Source: Tubulanus polymorphus | Taxonomy: Eukaryota > Animalia > Nemertea | Assembly: GCF_964204645.1 (NCBI RefSeq) | Contig: NC_134031.1 | Location: forward strand, 19,599,910-19,663,909 | Length of the DNA stretch: 64,000 bases | Direction of reading: 5' to 3' | Shown here: positions 47,619 to 61,695 of the stretch, one piece after another | Numbering within the stretch: the stretch's first letter is position 1 | Layout of the letters: each line of letters starts with the position of its first letter | Notes under the pieces: generated by a model | Seen by the model: the letters and a program-made list of their open reading frames with translations, nothing else | Database searches by the model: none | What the model was told of the DNA's origin: nothing | Position numbers and translations under genes: made by a program

Positions 47619-49918
47619 CACTTCCCGGTCAACTAAATTAACTAATCGTCAATGTCAAATTCGAAGTATTCCTTCAAATACTAATTTACGGTGTTCGCAG
47701 CAGCTGCAGTACTAACACTTATAATTTCGGACGGACCATCGTGAGGCGATTTTCTCAGAATAATTGGCGCAACGCGACCGCCGACCACAATTCGTGTGTC
47801 GTCGATTTTCAGTAGTGCTGCGTGGGAACGAATACCGCGGTAGCGGTGTGCGCGGGACCGTCAAGAGAGTCACATATCACAACTCTAGCGACTGTACTAT
47901 AGTATTCGTCATCAATAGTTCCCGCGTGATGCAATCCGTGATAACTCCGAGCTAAAAATAATGCACCGGGCAACAAAACGATGGAAGTACTGTTTAATGG
48001 CACGCTGCATTTTCCATTGATAAAACCAGACGTTTAGTTTCCGGTGATACAATCAATGAGGATGATCATTTACAATATTCCCCGCCCGTTAATGGGAAAT
48101 AGTATTTACACACGATTACGATGGCATATACCACGGCTATCACACAAACAAACTACTATGAATAGAGGTAGCCACTTTGCGCTGCTTTTGATCAGTGAGA
48201 GATCGATTGATATTTTAACTGCTAGAGCATGCTAGATTCAAAACCGTTTTAGATTTGCCGATGGGACACTCTGAGCGGACACAGCGCTGTTGAATTGGGC
48301 CAATGCGGTTGGGGATTATGTGGCAGTATGGCTTGGTCCCTGTTGAGTAGGAGGGGGAGGGGGTCAAATCCCGGGCATGACTCGAGCTGAAGACTATTTT
48401 TGATCCAGTGATGATCATCACCATGTCTCTCCTCAATTGAGTAAGAGTTTTTTTTATGAAAATCTGTCTATTGACGGGGTTTTATTCTTCGACCATGCAC
48501 TAGACTCCGCACTCGAGTCGGATCTGGGACCGTTAAGCCATGACTGGACTTAGGACTCGAGTTGGAATTCAGCTGGCTACGTATGGACGTATTAACTAGT
48601 TTATACGTACCATCCATGATAAACTCTAATGTAATTCCATTCAACAATAGAGAGACACAATGCGGTTTTTCAGAGTTGTTTATATCATTCGCACGCGCTA
48701 TTAATCACAACTGGAATACGAAACCATCGGCCACAGGGGCCTGACACAAAAGGTTTTTGACCTCAGTATCCTAGGTACTATATATAAAAAAAAACGACGA
48801 GACTGAAACATCCATCGGGCTAACCAGGATACAAGAGAGTTATCTTTACTTTTGCAGCGAGAGATACTTAACAAAGAAACTCCATCGACAATTTCCTTGC
48901 CTGAGGAATCTGAGGAAACCACCAATTGAGTATTCAAAACGCGAAGAAAGCCTGGGCAGACAAAATCGAAAAGTCTGCATGCAAACCCAGATGAAATTTG
49001 GTCAACCTTCCGAACAATGACCAAACAACAGTCTAAGACGAAAGACCGCAGTTCATCAAAAATCTTTTTAATGAATAACAACCAGGGCCCATAAACATAA
49101 CATTGAAATACAAATTAAAAGATATCTTATAGAGAATTGAACTAAGTCTAGCTTGTTTGCACGAAATCGTTTCAACCCAAAAATTATCTACTTCTCTTTT
49201 TCAACCCAAAAAATAATCCCACCAACTGGTCTGCCGAGGACAAGCTTTTACTGCGATTATATCAACGGCACAAAACCAATACGACACCGGACGCTTTACA
49301 TTGTGCCGTTGTTGACAGTTTTTTTGACGCTCAATTAGCTACTATATTTAGTAACTGGTAATGTCGCCGCCTCAGGGCTTCCATAAAGAATTAAGAAATG
49401 CAATTAATGATGTACTAATTCTAACGATGATGAATAAATATGAAGGCTTTCGTTTTGCCCCATCTCATGATCGTTGTAGTTCTAACTTTAATGAGGCTGC
49501 AAGTGAATACTGCCCTTATGTGAATATTCTGAGTCTCACCCAGGCGAATAATGGATTTCTGAGTCTCCCAGGCGAATACTGCCCCCATTTTGGATATTCT
49601 GAGTCTCCCCAGACTCTTGGCCCGGCTCGGTTTTTTATTTCAATGTCTCCCGGTTGACTGCTGCTCTCATTTGGATATAATGAGTCAAAAGTGCCATTTG
49701 TATATAATTTGTTTCGTCGAATAGTGCGTTTGATAAAGCGTTTTAGCGATTAAATTGAATAATGATAATTCCCAGATATGGATCGCGGCTCCTGCCGCAA
49801 CACGGATCCCCGATATGAGAGCACTGCCAAGATATGGATGCCCAGATTTGGATATTCTCGGAGCTACCCCTTTGTCGGGATACGAGTAGTGTGAAATATC
49901 CGCCAGTAACTGTCAACG

Positions 49919-52900
49919 ATGGATGTGAGAAGATGCAGTTGTTTTATCGTCGCCGGTTTGTGTTTGATATTCGGATATTTAACCGCATCAGTAGCAGCCG
50001 AAGATGATCTGTACAAACGAATCGGAATCCACAGAACTGCGACCACACAGGAAATCAGAAAGGCTTACAAGAAACTGGCGAGAGAACTGTAAGAATTCCT
50101 CCGATCTGTCGTCCATCCAATCCATCTCGATCCTCCTCGCATCCCAGTCCCAGCCTCCTCGCTCTTACTCTCAATTATTATCTTCTCTGCATCATCATCA
50201 ACAATGGTCACGGCTTTTCATGATCTGCACTTTTAGGGCAAATAAATGAGAACCATGGTCTTTTCAGCTGTGGAACCCTTTAACCAAGGAAGGAATGGAG
50301 CCAAACAATTTTTGACAAAATTGTAACTCACTGCAGTTTTAGCTCACTTTTCCACTGTGTGGCGCTAGTTTTGTGGTTATGTTAGGGACATAACCATTTA
50401 GGACACATAAACTGCGGGCGCTCCAATTATACATTTTTGGGCCCATTTTTTGTACACCTACGGCCCTTTTTGTACCCCTTTTCAGATTTTTGTACATAAG
50501 TGGCCCTTGTAGACAGGCATTTATGGATGGATACTCAGCCAGCCAAGCCCTTCTGTTCTAATGAATAGATGAAATATTATAGTGTTTGGGAAGGTAGTAG
50601 GCTGAATGCCCTGCTGGTTCTAAGGATGAAGAGAGTTTGGATTATGTATTCTGTTAGGGTTTTTAGGGAGTTCAACCTGATGTCTTTATTTTCAGGCATC
50701 CAGATAAGAATCCAGATCCCGACGCTCATGACAGATTCACGCAAATCAATGAAGCTTATGAAGTAAGTCATCAGTCGTAATTAAGACCCATAATGTTTAA
50801 TTTTTGACTGCGGGTTATTTTAACAAATTTACAACGTTTTAGTGCTTGGAAAAAATTTTGAGAATAAACCATGAAAATTGGGATTTTAACACGCAAGCTC
50901 TTCCGTGCTCAACACAGGGCTCTTACTATAAGAGCCAACAAGACCAGCTGCCTGCTCCAAACAGGCCTACTGCTAATGATAGCCTAACCCTCGGGAACCT
51001 TAATCCTAACCTTCTAGACCCTTAACCTTGAACCGAGTCCAGTTAAAATGAATATTGAAGAAGAGCTATAAGAATAGCGATGAAGCTTTTCTAATGGGAA
51101 ATCTAAAACGTAGCCAATCATTATTGATAACCACTTTTTCTAAACGTCGTAATTTTTTCCCTTTGTAGATTTTAACGGACGCCGAAAAAAGGAAAGAATA
51201 CGATAATTTTGGCCACGTGAACGTTCAACAGGGCGGCGATCGTAGACAACACTTTCAAGGGTTTCATCATCAATTCAATGAATTCTTCGGCGGTTTTAAC
51301 TTTAATTTTGGCAGCCGTAATGAGGCTACGGAAAAATACCGAATCACCCACAGGTAAATACTCGCCATTCTTACAGATTAGTGAATACCGGTAACACAGA
51401 ATTTTTCCTGCAAAGAAATTCAGGGAATTCTGACAATTCGGATTGTGTTTTGAGGAAAAGAAACTGATACCTGGAAATCAGGGAATTTTCTTTTCTTTAA
51501 TAAAAAAAGAAGTCTAGATCACGTGTAAATTCGACTTGTTTCTCAAATAAGTTTATTTCCTAGCAGTTTCGGGATTAACTCATAAGAATTAACCTCATCT
51601 TCAGAGGAACACAATAATACAATAATGAACATTAATATGGCCACCATGAAGATAAATTCTGAACATGATATTTTTGGCGAAATTCTGACCAGTTGATCTT
51701 TACTCCAAGTAATTAAAAAGTCCTCTATGCGCTGCAGCTGCTGCTGCTGCTGCTCATTCATCTAAACGAGAAATATCACACAAACTCAAGGACCGGACCC
51801 TTTCTCTAATTTCAGGATGTATAAGATGACGATTTTACCGAAAAGTTTCGAAAAGATTCACATCATTTATATATACGAGAGCATGTGTTTGATTTGTATG
51901 AGATTGGAAACGATTTGGGAACGCTTTACGAAAGATCTCGAAGTCATAGGTTCGTTTTATTCACTATTATTGGTAATGGTGACAATTTCATTACATTTAC
52001 TGTGGAAAGCGGGCTTCAATTTCTTCTACGTTATGATTGAATGGGGAACCGGCACACCAGCTATCCCGTCAGATGGCGCCACTGTGAAATCAGACGCACA
52101 TGATCAAAATAAGTTCATTTTCAAGTAACTTTGATATCAATTTTCGGTCTTCCAATTCAAAAATTTGCAAATCACACATTGAAATAAACTCTGATTAGTT
52201 CATATGTGCCACGATTTTCATATATCATACATAGAATTTGAGAAATTATCGTTAGATTTTAATTGAGTTGGAGAAGAAATCCAGCGTCGACGTATTGTAC
52301 ACTAGCGACACCTGGTGGAATTCCGCTTGCCACAGTAGCGTTGCCGGTAACTTTTGTTGATTTGTAAATCTATAAGATATTTTCTAATTGTTCAGGTGTT
52401 GGTATAGGATCGTTTAATTTGGATCGAGAAGGTCAACTAGCGAATCAAGTGAAGGTGCACCACGCTCCTGCTATAATCGGTGTTTATAACGGTAAAATCA
52501 GTTACTATCGCGGAGACGTCGGAATCAATGAACTTCGTAAATTTGTGCGCAGTTTATTCCCGAAGAAACTTGTAACGCAGGTACGTCGTCATCGGTCCTC
52601 GAAACAGTCGACTTTTCCAGTTACCAGTTATAATGTTCATGATTCTTACAGATCGGGGGCCATTTGCTCAAAAGTTGGTGAAAGATAACTGTATGAATAC
52701 CATAGTAACCATGAATTTTTAATTGTTACTATGTCAACTATCCACTGGTTAACTCTTGAGCAACCAGCCCTGGGAATCGGCGAAATATCAGCGAATTTTG
52801 GATTCCTTGATCTGTAAGAACCCTGTATCAATCAATGTGTGAGCACCAATATCCTAACTGCCCATACCCAATATTTCTTGGTATTCAGTCAATGTACCAC

Positions 52901-55769
52901 TCATCACTAACTTTCATCTCTGTGTATATCAGGTCGATGATTTGAACTACGTGAAGTTTCTAGACGGCTGGAAAGACAATCGAATGCGCGCGTTATTCTT
53001 CTCGCGACAGGAAGTCGTACCGCTGCGGTATCTGGCGGCGTCGTTCCGCTATAAAGAACGAGTCGTCACCGGTTTCGTGCGACTCGGTTGGTCGCGAACG
53101 CGTGAAATGGAAGCGAAATTCGGCATCAATTCGCAGCGAGAGTCGTTGTTGATGTTCAACGAGGATTTTACGACTCCAGTCGCAATAGCATCGGTAACTA
53201 TTTAATGGCAGTAAAAGATCCATCGTATTATGATTTAACCCGACTACGACTGCTATTTGAGAAGAGTCATTCAGGGTAGCCATTTAAACCTAGAAATCAG
53301 GGAATGGTCAGGGAATTTTGTGAAAAGCTAAAAGTCAGGTAAAAGTCGGAGAAATTTGTTGAGATCGCTAGATTGGGCATAAAATCAAACAATTTCCCTC
53401 TATGTCTTACATATTTGACTGCTTTAAATGATTGGATTCTTAACAGATTAAGTCAGATTAAACAACGCGCGTGTCAGAAAATAGTCAGGGAAAACGCAAG
53501 TCAAATAAAAGTGGTCACCCTGAAATATCAAAATGCTCCTAGAATCCTGGATAATTTCTAGTCTTATCAATCAAACTGCTATTTTTGATGTCAAATTACT
53601 CTCATTATAACGGATTCTAATTATTGGTATATCTTTGATATGGTGTTTCTTTACTTACATCATCATCAGTGCATTTTCTGTTTAACCGGAATTTTACCCA
53701 GTTTGCGTTTACCGTTCATCGTTGATCGTAACTTGACTTTCTGTTTTACAGATGAATAAAATGTCTCGTAACACGATGGATGAAGTTTTCGAAGCGAATC
53801 AATATCTTCAATTACCGAGATTGTCGTCGCAAGAGATTTTCAATCAGTTGTGTCCGATTGAAAATCGAGTTTCGCTACGCAAGTAAGTCATTGATCGGTT
53901 AATTGGGAATAGAAAGTGAAACTATACCAGGACAGCTGTTTGTATAGTATCCCCGCGTGAAAATATGTGAACTCATTTTATCGTCCGGGCGCGCAATTAT
54001 TTAATGCATTCAACTGAAGCAAAAATTGGAAATATTATAACGATCTATTCAGCTCATTATTCAGACCTTCCCTAATTTAAAATAGTGCTGCTGTAAACTT
54101 CACTTGCCTTGGATCATCCCTGACCAATAAATCTACTCCACGAGGCAATTGAAATCCTGGCAGACTGTAGGGACCCTAGGAAGTTGAATTTGTGGCAGTG
54201 GAGAGCTGTATATAAATAAATGTTATGATTATAATCAGGTTGATTTGATGGATTGTCTTTGTAGGTTATGCGTTGTGTTAGTATCGAGGAATGTTATAGA
54301 ACACGACGTCGCGAGGTCGACGTTCCGTGAAATGAGTAAAGATTCCGATCGCGTCAGACGAAACGCGCAGTTCGTTTATATCTACGAGGATTCGCAGACG
54401 CCATTTATAAACGCTCTATCGAAACAACGCAAAACGGTCGCTGAATCTGAACTGGAGGTCAGTCACGAGGTTTTCTATACAACCACCCCTCCCCCCCCCC
54501 CACCGGTCCAGTCGCTGAAAAGTTGGTCAACGTCATTTTCAGTTCCGATGGATTTCGGAATCCGGAGTTTCACTGTTTATTGCACTAAATTCAAAATTCA
54601 GGATTTCCACTAGTAAAGGCTGTTCTCGAAATAACGGCACTGGACCCATATTCGTCGTGCTTTATGGGTAATGACGATGATAAAACTAATAATAATAATC
54701 ATAATTATAGTAATGATCATTATAATTATAATGATATGATATTATTATAATGAAGAACAGTGACATCTATCAGAGGTAAGGGAAATGAGGTACAAGTACG
54801 TCAAAAATCCTCGAATGATGAGGGTAATAACATGAACGCATAATTCATGCCCACCACACAGTAAGAAACGTTACGCCTAAAACCTATCCAATGGTAAAAC
54901 GCAGTTTCAATTGTCACTTTATCAGTCATCCACTGATTAACTTCGAACCAGTTCTATAACCAGTTGTCGTGAAATTTGACTCATGAATTAAAATCAGCAC
55001 ATTTCCAATGTTCTCACTGTCTTTAGAAAGTCTGATTTGAAGTCAGTCGCTGGAGACCCTGACGAGTTTAATCATTCTAATCTATTTTAAAACGTGTCGT
55101 TGTTCAGGTGGTTATCTTATGGCGGCGAGGTTCACGACAGATGGATTACGAATGGCTGGAGGACGGCTGGAGTCTCACGTCGGAGAACACTTATAAACAC
55201 AAAACGAAACTACTGCGAACTTTAGACGATATTTTATATAATAATCTACCGATGAAAGGAACAATCGGAGGATGGCCGGAATTAATGGATGAACACGCAT
55301 CGGTTAGTATCGAATCTCACTTCAAACAATGATCAGCTATTTGAGAAAATCTTGGCGAGGACACTCGATAACACCTCTGTTGTGTCAGGTTACTTGACGA
55401 CCTGTATCTGGCATTCTGTCACTCCGCAAATTAGTAGTTAGGTTTGGTCTCCACGTTTAAAGTTATTTGTTAATTTTTATTTCTTTTTAAGTCACTTCTA
55501 GTGAGAATTTTGAATAGAATATACGACTGGTTTGATGGTGTTTATATGCTGTGGCGAGGGTAAGTTCGTATTATCGGATCTGGTGAAATGTTTGCAGCTT
55601 TTCACAGTGAAAAATTATCGAATCGATTCTCATGTTTTTTTCTTCTAGAGTCGATGAACTGACGTTATTTTACGGAATGTTTACGATCATCTGTATCGTG
55701 TTTTTCGGGATATTTATGCATAAACTTGTCGTGATGGAGGATGAATCGATACACGGACCTCAGAGGAGA

Positions 55770-55811
<42 letters not shown>

Positions 55812-57119
55812 GCGGCATCCGTTAAAAAGTAAGTTGTTATTTTTAGTTGATGTATAGATTACATTTATTTGGGTGAAAAATCTTTGGTAATGATTTCACA
55901 TAGAAAATTAGATACTTGAGTTAGTAGTGTATCTAGCAGTGTTTTTAACAGTTTTTTGATGCATACAGAAATATGACATGTTACTGAGGGTCTGACTGTT
56001 GATTACTGATTAATTTGAACAGAAATATGACAGATGTTTCTGAGGGTCTGACTGTTGATTACTGATTAAATGGAACATTTTCTTTCTTATTTCAATGAAA
56101 TGTTACTGAAAATAATTTGGTTTGTTACTGATAGCACTTTTCAGACAAAAATGTTAAAGATTTTCGTACTCCAGTTCCTCTAAGGACAACCCGTCATGCC
56201 CTGGAATTCTGCTGCTACAGAGAAAATTACCAAGTCCCACAAGATCCGAGACGAGCGAAGTCTACTGTGTGTAGTTTAATGAAGACTTATTGTTTCATAT
56301 ATGTTTTACGCTTATAGAAAAGAAGATAATACGTTACTGATCCGAGAACTGAGAGACGAAACATTCCCGCAATTAATCCGAGATTCACCGCCGGGTCACA
56401 TGACCATCTGTATTCTTGTCGACCAAGAACGCAAAACAAAACTTTTACAGAAATTCGCCAAAATATGCTGGACTTATTCCAAGTAAGGACTTTCAATCGA
56501 AACCATGAATCTGACTTGTATAATGTACAAAAAAGTTGTGATTGGTGGAATCGGTCTTTCGAAGTTAAATGAAATCATAGTGAACAACCCTAACCTCTCC
56601 TGACATTGTAACCCCAGATCCTGAGGTTTTTAGCTTGTTTTTGTCCAAGATAGTCATAATTCTGAGTTGGTCGTGTTTGAGATTTTACTGTATATTAATG
56701 TGTATTTCAGGTATAAAGCATTTACGTTCTCGTTCCTGCAATTGGATTACTATCTCAGCTGGTATCGCCGCCTATTGGAGGAAACGCTCGATTTCCGACG
56801 CAACCTCGATCATATAAACGTTAAAAACTGCATCGGAACGGTGCTCGCGATCAACGGCCATCGCAAATACTTCTGTATGTACCACGCGAAACATCCGACG
56901 AAAACACGTCACGTTACAAAACAGGCTGCAGGTGGCGCCGCCGGCACCGGCGGGAAATTCATGGGATTCGATGATTCGAGCAGCGAAGATGAAGATCGCG
57001 ATATGGCGATATTCGAAGATGATTTATTACTCGGGCTACGAGAGTGGTTCGACTGTTTGTGCGAAGGTTCTCTACGACGTATGAGGGTTGATAAATGGCC
57101 CGATACTTGTCCTTCTTAA
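49919..57119 (+). CDS. DNAJC16: DnaJ homolog subfamily C member 16 (ERdj8), 13 exons, ~780 aa
   Basis: Exons 49919-50088, 50696-50762, 51169-51353, 51816-51949, 52396-52580, 52933-53193, 53752-53882, 54265-54457, 55108-55302, 55492-55559, 55649-55828, 56318-56482, 56711-57119; total 2343 nt. Signal peptide, J domain with HPDKN, thioredoxin-like CLIC, FLDGWKDNRMRAL, LPRLSSQ, a TM helix, and VLAINGHRKYFCMYH. Confidence 0.93.
53272..53522. mobile_element. MITE with CAGGG-type terminal inverted repeats (copy 2)
   Basis: Ends CAGGGTAGCCATTT / AAGTGGTCACCCTG; shares ATAGTCAGGGAAAACGCAAGTC with 44288-44548. Confidence 0.7.
55770..55811 (+). repeat. Coding CAA(CAG)12CAA microsatellite encoding Q14 in DNAJC16
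   Basis: In frame within exon 11, after the transmembrane helix. Confidence 0.9.
55965..56077. repeat. Two-copy ~54-bp intronic tandem duplication
   Basis: ACAGAAATATGACA..TGTT.CTGAGGGTCTGACTGTTGATTACTGATTAA occurs twice. Confidence 0.85.
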
Positions 57120-57163
57120 TACAACGCATAATACGCACTATACACTACACTCACTCTATTAAA

Positions 57164-57440
57164 CAGGGTTCATTTTACTTTCTCACCCCTTGATACCCCT
57201 TTAAATTGAAGAAATATTTTCAAGAACCTCGAATCTCCTCTCATTTTGAGAAATTACTTGAAATTCATTTTTAAAATGTATTCAAAACGCAATGTGTTTC
57301 TGTGTGCTACAATATATCCTGGCCCTAACAGCAATGTGGCTGGAGATTCGTAAAGGAGACCCATTACACATGATATCATGACAATAGCACGTGTACTCTT
57401 CAAAAAGTCTTCAAATGATCGTCGAGTAGTATGAACCCTG
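57164..57440. mobile_element. MITE-like insertion in the DNAJC16 3' UTR
   Basis: Perfect 10-bp terminal inverted repeats CAGGGTTCAT / ATGAACCCTG, starting 45 bp after the stop codon. Confidence 0.55.
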
Positions 57441-60400
57441 ATTAATCATGTGTCAGTATTTTTACACGGTATGCAATGAGACTTGTTTTAATTGTTACAT
57501 ATTGTACGTATATAAACTGACTTGACAATTCACGTGTTACCAGTTTAACTCTAATCTGCTCGGATTGTCTGTTTTCATATTTTTGTAACCGTCATCAGCT
57601 GGTTTAGTGAAGCTATATAACTGCGAAGTTATGTGACAATTCTTAAAGTACGTGTAATGTACACAACGCATCCCGTGGATATTTGCGGGCAAATTCATAA
57701 AAATGTAGCCTTGCTGAATTTTTGATATTGATCAAAACGATAACAAATTCAGGAATGCTTGACATCGGGTCAATGGGGGAGGATTTATCAGAAATTGGTT
57801 CACCATCTGACATTTCAAAACCACACAGCATTGAAAACCTAAACCATAACATTTTTGAATGAACTCCTGTTTAATTTATGAATTGAATAATGTATACTTT
57901 TATAAGTTAAGCTGAGAAAAATTGAAACCTCGTTCTTGGGAGGAACAAGGTATCAAATTTTTTGCGCTTTTTGTGAATATTATTGTGTTAATGCAATCAT
58001 TAGCTCTACAGGCTACAGGTCGAGCCTTCAGTTCAAATGATTTATTTATGATTAGCTTGTGACAGCAGTGGTAATTTATCTATCATATTTTGTGTTTATT
58101 TATTGCCCGTGTATTCGAGAGTCATCCTTTTTTCTATGAATTTGTGTTGGAGTGCTGCGTAACCAGGGTTTTCAAAGTCAAAATAATGGAAATTTAAGGA
58201 GGCCGTTTGCCTGGGAGCGTGCGGTGTGTACGCTATTATTTAATCATCACTCATTGCTTGTCACTATATTAGATGTTTGAATGAATTTAACAAGCTCACC
58301 TGCGTTGTGGAAAAGAGAAAAGAAATTGATCGTTTCGAATGAACCATCGGACATGTCTCATTATCAATACGTGTGTTGCTCAATGTTGTTGCCGCCATAT
58401 TTTCTATGAAATCAAAACCTTTTTTAGAATGATCGCTTTAGAATAATGATATTTGTTGGGAAAAGAATTGAAGTAGTATTAAATGTATGGTCGCTATGAA
58501 TAACGTTTAATGTTTAATGAATATGATGTTTTTTAATGGTAGGATTTCTAATATTTTATACATGTTTTGAGCCAATCAAAAATTTGCATGCAACGATTTT
58601 CACTTGTCTTTATTTATTTTTTTGCAGCTTAAAATCTCCTCATAGATACTCATCATCGACAGCCTCTATTTATTTCTTGATCATTCCAACTGATGTTTTA
58701 TGTATATGATAACTATAAAACCAGTTTTATCCAGTTTCGGTCTAACGCAAATGTTACTGGGAAAATTTTTGGGATTGGTAGAAATACAACATTTATAGGC
58801 TGCGATCACACCAAGGCCAAATTTGACTCGGGCCTGATCTGTTCTTATTTGGCTCAGGCCAAATCATCTCCATGTGATCGCGGCTATCTTTCTATTTTCA
58901 TTTTGAGCATCAATTCACTTTGTTTTTTATGCTTGTTTAAACTTAAGGAGTTATTTTCTCAGACCCTTTACACTTGACTGGATAACACTGCGTTTGTATT
59001 TCCACCTCCAAATGTTGAATCTAGTCAGATTAAAATCATGATAGGATTCGTGAAACTAGGTTTCATACATCTGATCTCACGTAGGATGTTACGCTGTCAT
59101 TACGAAACCATTTCCTTTAATTTTTCATTCATTTATAACCTTTTTCACCGAGAATCCACGACTTGTTGATGTATAATGTTAGTTAGTTGGAAATAAACAT
59201 AAAAAAATTGGAAATGAAAATCATTCCTTGTCTTTTATTCTTAAGTAAATGGAGGAACAAGATGGCTACCGGTACATCATTTTTCATGCATGATGATGTC
59301 TGTGCGCTTCATGACTATATAGCTGTGATCTATTACTAATCTCAAGTTTATCCAGTTGTCCATCACCTTCATGGAAATCGTAACAAGATTCCCAGCTGTC
59401 GGAATGCGGAATCCTTTGCTTAGAAACGAAGAAAACGAACTGAGAAAAAGATATGCAGTGCTGAACCACAATTTTATTTTATCTGCCATACACAGTAGAA
59501 AAGGGGAAAATAACACAAGACCTAATAAATAGTATTCAGTAATTGAACTACTTGATCTAAAATCAGGCAACAGTGCCCTCTCATTCCTGACAAATAATAG
59601 ACCTTTCTGGGTCCGAATTCAACATAACAATGAGTTTCTTAAATAGGAATGAGGTGGCACTTAAACACCTTTATAACTATTACAATTATATTTCAAGAAT
59701 CGTTATCAATATTGTACTTTGTTTTTACTTTATGAAATTATAATATTGGCTATTATATAAATTAAAAAAATAAAAACAAGATCAAAATATCGCAGCGATG
59801 AAGTTACGATTATCGTCTTCGTTTGTGACCGTTAAATTCAAGAAAATACTCGAATACATGTTCGCACAAGCACAAAATATCTAAATCACAAAACATAAAT
59901 AAACACAAATATAAGAGAAACAATTTAAATAGTATCATACAAGATCTACAATTCATAAATACTTTCATAATTTAATTAATTGATGAATATAAATAATAAT
60001 AATGATAATAATAGTCATTATTAAACGAAGAAGCAGTACAGTTATCTTTTTAGAAAACTCACCAGAGTTGAAAACAATTACGCTTAAAAACATGTTACTT
60101 CTAAGAATACTCTAATTACGATAAGTTGTTATAAATAAGATCGCTGGTTTTTTTTTTCTCTTTACGACGCGTAAAAAAAACTTTACGCAAAAAAGTAATA
60201 AAACTCCACACTGCAATATGATGATGATAATAATAATATCAATAATAATATAAACACATTACACAATAATCTCTCTCAAATTTTATCACAGAATATACTT
60301 ATTATTTAAGACAGGAGGAAGTAGGTGAGGAAAAGAGATGAAATTGTTCGTAAAAGCCCGAGATTTAGCACGATCTGTATGTTTAATTTGTCAACGAAAA

Positions 60401-60862
60401 AAGAACCTTTAAAAACATTCCTCTAATAAGACGTATCTCTACAAGTAAAACCAGTGGGAACTAAAATATCTTCACTCGTTCGCCGCAGATAATGGATTTT
60501 ATGTTGTAATTTTTTTTCGCTAATAACCAATCAACAATTAACTTTTCATCGTGATTTCATCGTGATTATCAGTTACGTATTGTATGCCTACGTATTAACT
60601 ATAAATGTAATACTGTTACGAAACTTGCTGCAAGTTTACCGATAAACGCTGCTACAGTATATGATCAATATCCGCTCTACATTTCTGCTACGGTATTTCA
60701 TATTTTGAAAAATGATGATGACAAAAATCTATCATGTTTGAATATATATATATATATTTTTAGTTGCTATTCACACGCGTTCAAGGATTCGCTGATTATT
60801 TACACAGAAGAGAATTCTAAAAGATTTCGTAATAATAATAATAGTAATAACAAGAACAACAG

Positions 60863-60985
60863 GCTCCTGTTCCACAGTTGTTGGTCAAGTTCAACTCTCT
60901 AGAGCAGAGTTATAAATTATAAGTTCATTTCCGATGTTTTGACCGCGGAGTCAAATTTAAACCGCGAACCGTGGAACTGGATCTA
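60863..60985. mobile_element. Member of a degenerate ~120-150 bp MITE-like family with GGCC/GTTCCAC-type ends
   Basis: Imperfect inverted ends CCTGTTCCACAG / CCGTGGAACTGG. Similar elements at ~2155-2276, 14053-14167, 20703-20846, 52635-52772 and 63301-63383. Confidence 0.45.
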
Positions 60986-61695
60986 GCATTTTTTCATTCA
61001 TCATCAAAACTGGATGCGATTCAAACTCGGATAAGCTACGGCTGATAGCAGAGAAACAGGTGCTCGAAGAAGATGAAAAACTAGGTGTCAATATCAGATT
61101 TTTAAAGTTCTGGTCAAAAGCCAATCGAAGTAAAAACTATCGGAATGTACGGCATTTTTTGACAAAGATGCATAAATATAGCGAATAACTCTTTATATGA
61201 AATATTCAGTTTTCTCTCTCTCGCTCTCTCATCAAATTAACTGACCCTTTTTAGTGAGCAATATCTATTTTAAACCATACCGATGACGATATCATTATGA
61301 AATGCATGGCTTTTTGACTCATAGTTTTCAGATCATCGTTTTAAATATTATGATATATATTTGGCAGATATTGTGGCGATGATGTTTAGATGATGATAAA
61401 TACTGCCGGTGATGGAAGAAGAGATATTCTCCTGATGTTCTAATGCCCCCTCGTTTGATTGGTCTGATTGACTATATTGCTGAGCACCATTTTAACCGGT
61501 AGCGACCGATGTTCATTTTGCATAGAATTTTGCTTATATTGGATGGAATGTTTTAACTAACAACAGGGAGCCTTCGATTGGTCAAATATTTCTCAGGCCC
61601 CCGAATATGGATGGAATAAGATATTAAAATGCCTGTGAGTTTCAGGCAGGTTTTCTCTGCCAGTAGATGACATTAGGCAGTGATATTTTGAGGTA

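Noticed and set aside
48320-48376. tRNA gene
   Set aside because: Only degenerate A-box and B-box-like words and no cloverleaf; at most an old SINE head.
56135-56270. Additional DNAJC16 exon
   Set aside because: Candidate acceptors give stops or the wrong phase, and the 13-exon model already reaches the expected length.
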